From assembly GCA_032718475.1 (NCBI GenBank), contig JAUCBJ010000650.1, forward strand, positions 1 through 56,646: a stretch of 56,646 bases of DNA, in the 5' to 3' direction. The notes beneath the pieces are model-generated. The model did not search any database. It was not told where the DNA came from and worked only from the letters and a program-made list of their open reading frames with translations. This document shows, in pieces, positions 50,821 to 56,646 of the stretch. The stretch is from Nemertoderma westbladi. Taxonomy: Eukaryota; Animalia; Xenacoelomorpha. The position numbers and the translations under genes were made by a program. Each line of letters begins with the position of its first letter. The stretch's first letter is position 1.

Positions 50821-50952
50821 CTCTGCATGTATTATCATCGATACTTCGAACATAGCTTGTAGCACATTGACAAATTGGCTGCCCTCTTTCCACTTTACAT
50901 TCATATTCAATGCCACTATGAGGACAGTTGCTGCAGGGATCATCCTTTGGAC
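50821..50952 (-). CDS. Host exon encoding an EGF-like domain
   Basis: DPCSNCPHSGIEYECKVERGQPICQCATSYVRSIDDNTCR; cttag acceptor and G|gtaagt donor, phase 1-1. Confidence 0.85.
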
Positions 50953-51106
50953 CTAAGATGGACTCATAAATATTTATCATGTTTTGAAATATATATATTT
51001 ATATAGCCATTACAGATTTGGTGAGGAGATGTGGTAGGTTCACACAACCCAGTGAAACTAATTATAGATAATAATTAGCAAACTAAGTTTCTTTAAATAA
51101 ATTTAC

Positions 51107-51165
51107 CTCATCAGTCATCCCTAGCCAGCCAATATTCACACTCACATCATTGGCCAGTAATCACT
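51107..51165 (-). pseudogene. C-type lectin exon fragment
   Basis: ..VNIGWLGMTDE|gtaaat; upstream part not resolvable next to a LINE fragment. Confidence 0.4.
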
Positions 51166-51189
51166 TAACTGTAAACTTCGATATTATTT

Positions 51190-52345
51190 GTGTGATGGTT
51201 GTAGCGATGGTGCGGGTCACAATGGAAACACTTTGAGGGATAGAAACGTGCACAGTTCGTGGACACCTGTAATTTATAATCTCATGAATAGAGCTATACC
51301 CCCTCACCCAATGACGCAGGTGGATACTGGTTTGCGCTCAGAAACTATGACTACTGCATGGCTAGGTGGTTCCCCCCAATAGCACCATGGTCAGCAGGTT
51401 CACAGTAGTGCTCCAATTACCTCACTATGCATCAACGAATTGTGTACATTAATTTACATTGCTGTTAATGATTGAGTTGTCAAATTGGAATCGCGAATTG
51501 AAACTCTGGAGGAGAATTGCGATCTGTGCGCAGCAAAAAAGAACTGTTTAAGCTTCTCTGAATCAGTCGATCAGCATGTCCATGCCAATTTGTACAGTTT
51601 TATTTGTTTTTGTACAGTTTGATTTGTACAGGCTTAACTGAGATGCTTTCGAAGGTGAGATGGTTGATCAATTAAAATGTGTCCTCATCTTTAAAAATAT
51701 TGGTCTTGACATCAAGCAAGACTAGTTCACCATGCGTTGGTTAGGCAGACCCGACATTAACACCAATGTCAACGATGGAGCGCATGTAGTGGACGATGGT
51801 ACCAGTGATCTGGGTGTCCAGTCACTCAGGACATGCAACCACTCCCTTATCTTGTCATTAAAACCAACAGCACCTTTTTGTGGGAACATCTGAACCGCTG
51901 CTCGGAATCTCAAGTCGTGTGGTGAGCCTTACAACTCCATTTACTTAAAGGTAGATGTTCACCCAGCAATCAGTAAAGAAATTGGTAGGCTTCGAAAAGT
52001 TGCGGCTGAGGAGATGCGGAAGCCAGAAATACTGGTCATATTATCCGTTTTGACCCGAGGGAGCCAGCAGTGTATTGAGACAATATTGTAATTGACAAGT
52101 TTCAACCGAATTTTTAATTAACCACAGGCGAACTGACGAAGTATAGATTTTATCTTGGAACTGCAGTGGTCTTAGAGAAAAGTACTTGAATCCTTCTGTT
52201 TTATCTCTTTTTATACAATATGACATTATTTGTTTACAAGAGGTGAAATGTTCATTCAATTTTACAGTTGCTGGTTTTAATGTTATACAAAATATAAGCT
52301 CACACCCCAGTAGGGGTGGTGTGGCAGTATTAACACGTAATAATA
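51190..52345 (+). mobile_element. 5' fragment of a LINE (decayed ORF1 and start of the APE endonuclease); left boundary approximate
   Basis: ILSWNCSGL..YDIICLQEVK..RGGVAVL at about 52147-52335. Confidence 0.75.
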
Positions 52346-52799
52346 ATCCCCTCTATATTAGTGATCTATATATTATATATATATTAATAGTCTATATTAT
52401 TGGAAGTTGCAGATTATTTTATTTAACAATGAGGCAAGGGATCACTGCTGTCGCTTTCCCCCCTTTTAGGTGTTTCTAAGCAATAGTCACAATAAGCAAC
52501 CTGCACCAGTTTTGGATAGAGGGTGGATCTGCTACCACTGAAGTTAAAATGACACTGAGAAGGTAAATCAGGTTTGATCTTGATGATTTTGGAACGTGTT
52601 GTAGCTGTTTAGTGCGATGTTTCTGCACAATCTCCAACATGCTAGTTGCTGTGGTAGGTGTGAGGATTGAGGCAGACAGGGAGCTGGTTTGACTAGGTTC
52701 AGATGCTATATACTTGGCAGTACAGCAGTAGGCACTACTGAGGATCCAGAGCCAGGACAACGATCGTAAATGCGACCATGAACCCTGAGTTTGCTGTTA

Positions 52800-53636
52800 C
52801 TATTGGCAGATATTTTCTGGTGCAAACTGGACATCATGGCTTAGTGGAGATGACTGCTGGTTCGCCACTACCTCCTTGTATAGTTTTTCCACTGCCTGTT
52901 CATGGAAGGGATCCTGAAAACAAGCTTCTGAACCTATTGGGATGGATGGTGGTGCAAGTACTGTTGAAGAGGTTATGGCTGGCTGTGAATGGTGCTCTAC
53001 AAGAGACGCAACTTCAATTCGGAAAAGATTGATTGATTGATCATTGATCCCAGCAAGACTTTCACCATAGAGACACCTTGCAAACCGACAGACGTAAACT
53101 CCACACTCAAAACTGTTGTATTGCAGCTGATGGGGGAGCACAACCTGGACCTTGACAGTTATTTCACCAATCCCTTTATTTTTTGCCTCCTGGACAGCCC
53201 AGTTTGAGAGAAGATCAGTGTATTCAGAGTGACATCCTCCAAAAGAGTCAAAGACGAATATCTTCCTCTCCTTGGGTTTGAACACTAAAAGGATCCAGTG
53301 GCTTTGATTAACAAGGAGGGGAAAGAACAGGATATCCATCTGGAATATATTACACCTCTGAGTCCAACGTCTAGCTGTGTCGTAGCTCTGTGTTTCGAAT
53401 ATTGTGAGAAAGTTGGAGTTAAAAGTCCTGGCGGATTGATGTTTCGCCTCATCCCCAAAGAAACACAGAATCGCTTCCAATATCGAGTCTGTGAGCCATC
53501 CAGCTCCCTGGAGAGAGTCTATGTCTTTCTTGGAGATGGTTATTCCACCAAAACGACATCTTTCATCAGAGTCCATGATGAGGTGCTCGTTGTTTAGCAC
53601 AGATTCACACAAATCGATTATACTAGTATCACTCAT
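52800..53636 (-). CDS. Ulp1/SENP-family (C48) cysteine protease, probably transposon-borne
   Basis: L..GWLTDSIL, FNSNF, LFFPL..SHWIL, FDS, QYNSFECGVYVC; His-Asp-Cys and oxyanion Gln present; intronless. Confidence 0.88.
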   Translation of the reverse strand: MSDTSIIDLCESVLNNEHLIMDSDERCRFGGITISKKDIDSLQGAGWLTDSILEAILCFFGDEAKHQSARTFNSNFLTIFETQSYDTARRWTQRCNIFQMDILFFPLLVNQSHWILLVFKPKERKIFVFDSFGGCHSEYTDLLSNWAVQEAKNKGIGEITVKVQVVLPHQLQYNSFECGVYVCRFARCLYGESLAGINDQSINLFRIEVASLVEHHSQPAITSSTVLAPPSIPIGSEACFQDPFHEQAVEKLYKEVVANQQSSPLSHDVQFAPENICQ

Positions 53637-53649
53637 CGTATACAGACCA

Positions 53650-53683
53650 ATGTCCGAGTTCGCTCGACCTAGTAGTAGTAGTA
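53650..53683 (+). mobile_element. 34-bp retroposed tail with a 12-bp TSD
   Basis: GTATACAGACCA at 53638-53649 and 53684-53695 flanks ...GACC(TAG)n. Confidence 0.7.
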
Positions 53684-54135
53684 GTATACAGACCAGACAA
53701 AGTCGATAATGATACTATCACGTGTGTATTATTATTATACTAAATACAACTAGTAGTATTTAGTGTGATTTTCCTATGTATTATACTGTTATAACACTAC
53801 TAATATAACCAATGCCTGTGGAGTTACAAGTTATTATTTGCCTGAAGGCTGGCTAGCTATGCTTAAATTAATTATTAAATTAATTATTAAATTTTAATAA
53901 AAATATTAAAAATTAATTATTAATTATATTAAATATTAATTTCGTCACCCTCTCTTATTCACTATTCTAGAATTTAAGGATAAACTAATGAAACCATTAC
54001 CAAAGAAATTTAAAAAACACTATGATATTTTTAGTCAAGATGAAAAGAAAAAGAGAGATGAGCGTGATACATTAAAGATAAAACAGTCAATGGAAAATAA
54101 ATGGCATAAAATTATGAATATTTTGAAAGGGATAC

Positions 54136-54748
54136 TGTAAGCGGATTCAATTCCGCCTCATTACCCACCAGCAAATGGGATGGTGGCATTTTCAGCAATA
54201 TGTTGGAGATACGAGATTAGCAATATTAATCTCGTATCACAACCAACATTTGGGAGGGGGGGGGGCAACACAAGCCCCGAAGCCACACACAAAGGAAGGT
54301 TAGAGGTCAAACCACCAAGGAACAACATTAACTCTGAACGCTTTTCTCCAACGGCCTCGGCCAAGCTATCAGTGACACCATCCCAGCCTGCGGTGACGCG
54401 TACGAACAACCTACCCGGTCGGGATCTCTGATCCCGTCACAGTAAAACAATAGCCAACTGCCATCGAACTGTGACTGCTAAGAGGAGAGGATGAGCCAAG
54501 GAGAAACCAAATTATCAGAGGGAGAGAGGACGCCGCCGCGGACCCCGGATGACACCAACCAAACGATCCGTGAGGCCGCAACGTGACGGTATCGACCTGT
54601 GACACTGGATTCACCAACGAGGGACGATCCGGTACCCCAAGCGGAGGGCGGCCATCAACCACGAGGGAGGGACGAGTCGACGCACGACGGCGGTCGGAGT
54701 ACCGAAATTGCCGGCCAGCCACAGGCCGAGGGTGACGGACGGCCCACC
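54136..54748 (+). mobile_element. 5' part of a third family member (element C): internally deleted LTR 54136-54441, leader, gag start at 54491
   Basis: LTR homologous to 33399; ends GATCCCGTCACA; CAGCCACAGGCCGAGGGTGACGGACGGCCCACC matches QPQTEGDERPT of element A. Confidence 0.87.
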
Positions 54749-55372
54749 TTTCCATTCGAAAATAACTGCTGAAGTGGTCATTATATTATAACCAGTTTGT
54801 ATCAGATTATTTAGCAACATAGATGTTGCCCGAGATCATTCCTTCGAAGATATATGGTGATTGTCCTGGTGGTTTGGGAAATGCATGGTGGATAATTAAG
54901 TAAGGATTTAGCTTTATCAGTATGAATCTCTCCATGTGGAAATGTAGGTTATCAAGACAAGAAGTTACATACTGTCAAGTGGGACAAACAGCACTATCAT
55001 CATCAACTAATATATTACAATATAATCATTAACTATTTCGAGATGGTAGGCTCTTGTTGAGGCACAGATGAAGAGAATAATTTTAACTTTGGTGCCATCT
55101 TCAGGAGTAAAGTGTTTGGCTATTGAATATTAACTATGACTCATCACAACCACCACCCACTAATTGATATACAGTTCTACAAATTTTTATCAGGGAAATT
55201 ACGACCATAGAATATAACATTAAATATCCAATAATATTAATAATCATTATCAAATTATTTAGTTATTGGTTTCCAGATTTCAGCTGGGCCTAGTTCTGAT
55301 ACCATACCATACAAAAGTTATTTATAATAAAACATTTGGAGTGAAGCCCCTGCACTGAGTGAAAAATAATCA

Positions 55373-55641
55373 TCTATACCTATAAAAATCAAATTCTCTA
55401 TCTCTCTCTCTCTGTGTTCGAACTCCTCCAAAACGGGCAGAGGGATTGCGCTGGAACTTGGCATGTGTGTATAACTTTAACCAGCGGTCGTTATAGGCCA
55501 CTTTTCGAAAAGTTTAATTCACGTTCGGTACCGGTACTAAGTACCGGTACGTCAGTAGGCCTATACCGGTACCAGTACGCCAGTAGGCCTATGCCGGTAG
55601 CAGGAAATACCGGGTAACATGCCTCGGGTATTGCCTGCTAG
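55373..55641 (+). mobile_element. Non-autonomous Helitron
   Basis: A|TCTATACCTATAAAA 5' end, (CT)n, GC-rich subterminal motif, CTAG|T 3' end. Confidence 0.8.
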
Positions 55642-55699
55642 TATAATATAAATATTAAAAATATAAAATAAATATTAAAAAATATATATAATAACTTAC

Positions 55700-55972
55700 A
55701 CATGAAATGATCTGTATCCACTTTGTCGAAGAAAGCAACATTATCTTGGTATGTATTTATGACATCAACAAGTTTGGTGGTTGGATTTTCTGTTGTTTCA
55801 AAACCACAAAATCTAGGAGTTTCCCATGCCCACACAAATGCCTTACATTTTTCCTTCAGGCTGCACCCTGAGGCGCATTCAATAAATTTGTTGATATTTG
55901 TTTGATGACGTAAATCAACATCTCCCAGGAATTGAGTGTGGCATGGTTGGCTGAATATTCCAGCCCATGGTA
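55700..55972 (-). CDS. Host exon encoding a PAN/apple-like domain
   Basis: KFIECASGCSLKEKCKAFVW..FCGF; ccttag acceptor and T|gtaagt donor, phase 1-1, 273 bp open. Confidence 0.72.
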
Positions 55973-56512
55973 CTAAGGAAATAAAATATTATGTCAACTA
56001 AATTGCCCTGGTGTTGGTGTTATAAGGTTCTTAACAAGTTATTATGCAATATGCATACATGGTTTACAAGGTTCTCTATTATATATCCTTCCTCTATCCC
56101 CTTAGATATATGGGAAAGAGGTTTATCATTAATGAATGATTTCTCATTCCTTGGATCTACATTTGATCTTAATTGATATGAACTTGTATAACATTTGTCT
56201 TCCATGATTGTAAAAATTGTCATGATATAAAATATTATCAATAACCAGCTAAGTACCTCCTTTAAAGGTTCTATCGCAGTCCATGCTGGCCTCTTACTCT
56301 GGTACCTGGATGGTAGTGACTTGCAATGTTTTATAGTGTATACATTATGCAATATATACCACTACTATGATCGGCCTGCTGCATTGAAACTGCACATTGA
56401 GATGCATTGCCAGCTGAACAAAAATATTTTGTCACCATCATGCAATCCACAATGGCAAGCCCAATGCAGCATGAATTAAGAATGATATGCCAGATTCTCA
56501 ACAAAGTTGCAC

Positions 56513-56646
56513 ATACGATGGTTCGAAAACATTTGTGTCTACTGTTGATGGTGACACAGAACCATTTGAAGTATTATGGGAGTCCTCCAAGGAGACACAC
56601 TTGCGCCATTGTTGTTCATAATTGTGGTTGACTATGTTCTATGCAT
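56513..56646 (+). mobile_element. 5'-truncated copy of the RTE-like LINE, running out of the window
   Basis: Close match to 15562-15696. Confidence 0.9.

Noticed and set aside
55373-55392. Splice acceptor tttttatag for a C-type lectin exon
   Set aside because: It is the 5' end of the Helitron read on the other strand; the in-frame acceptor is at 55355-55356

Overview
Animal (probably invertebrate) nuclear DNA made mostly of nested, largely decayed transposable elements; no prokaryotic features were seen. Main components: (i) a BEL/Pao-related LTR family seen four times: a young non-autonomous element at 23511-29850 (560-bp LTRs, 5-bp TSD), a chimeric copy at 31297-34059, a truncated copy at 54136-54748 and an LTR end at 18568; (ii) a deleted BEL/Pao gag-PR-IN remnant (11696-14265) followed by a long 3' region encoding a triple-CCHC protein that has a homologue in the 31297 element; (iii) a Chapaev-type transposase split by two LTR insertions; (iv) an ISL2EU-type transposon with both ends intact (36912-42134, AT TSD; YqaJ and THAP-DDE pseudogenes); (v) RTE-like LINE copies with (TAG)n tails, a Helitron, MITEs, Penelope-like fragments including a canonical minimal hammerhead ribozyme, and minisatellites; (vi) scattered minus-strand host exons (PAN, C-type lectin, EGF, LamG and an unnamed domain) and a Ulp1/SENP protease ORF. 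The best candidate for an undescribed system is the LTR family. It lacks a tRNA-type PBS, and its PBS-position sequence is complementary to its own LTR. It carries a 10-copy hairpin array that varies only in the loop, a conserved stem over the PPT, and an extra 3' triple-zinc-knuckle ORF. All calls are by eye with no database searches; boundaries marked approximate are uncertain.
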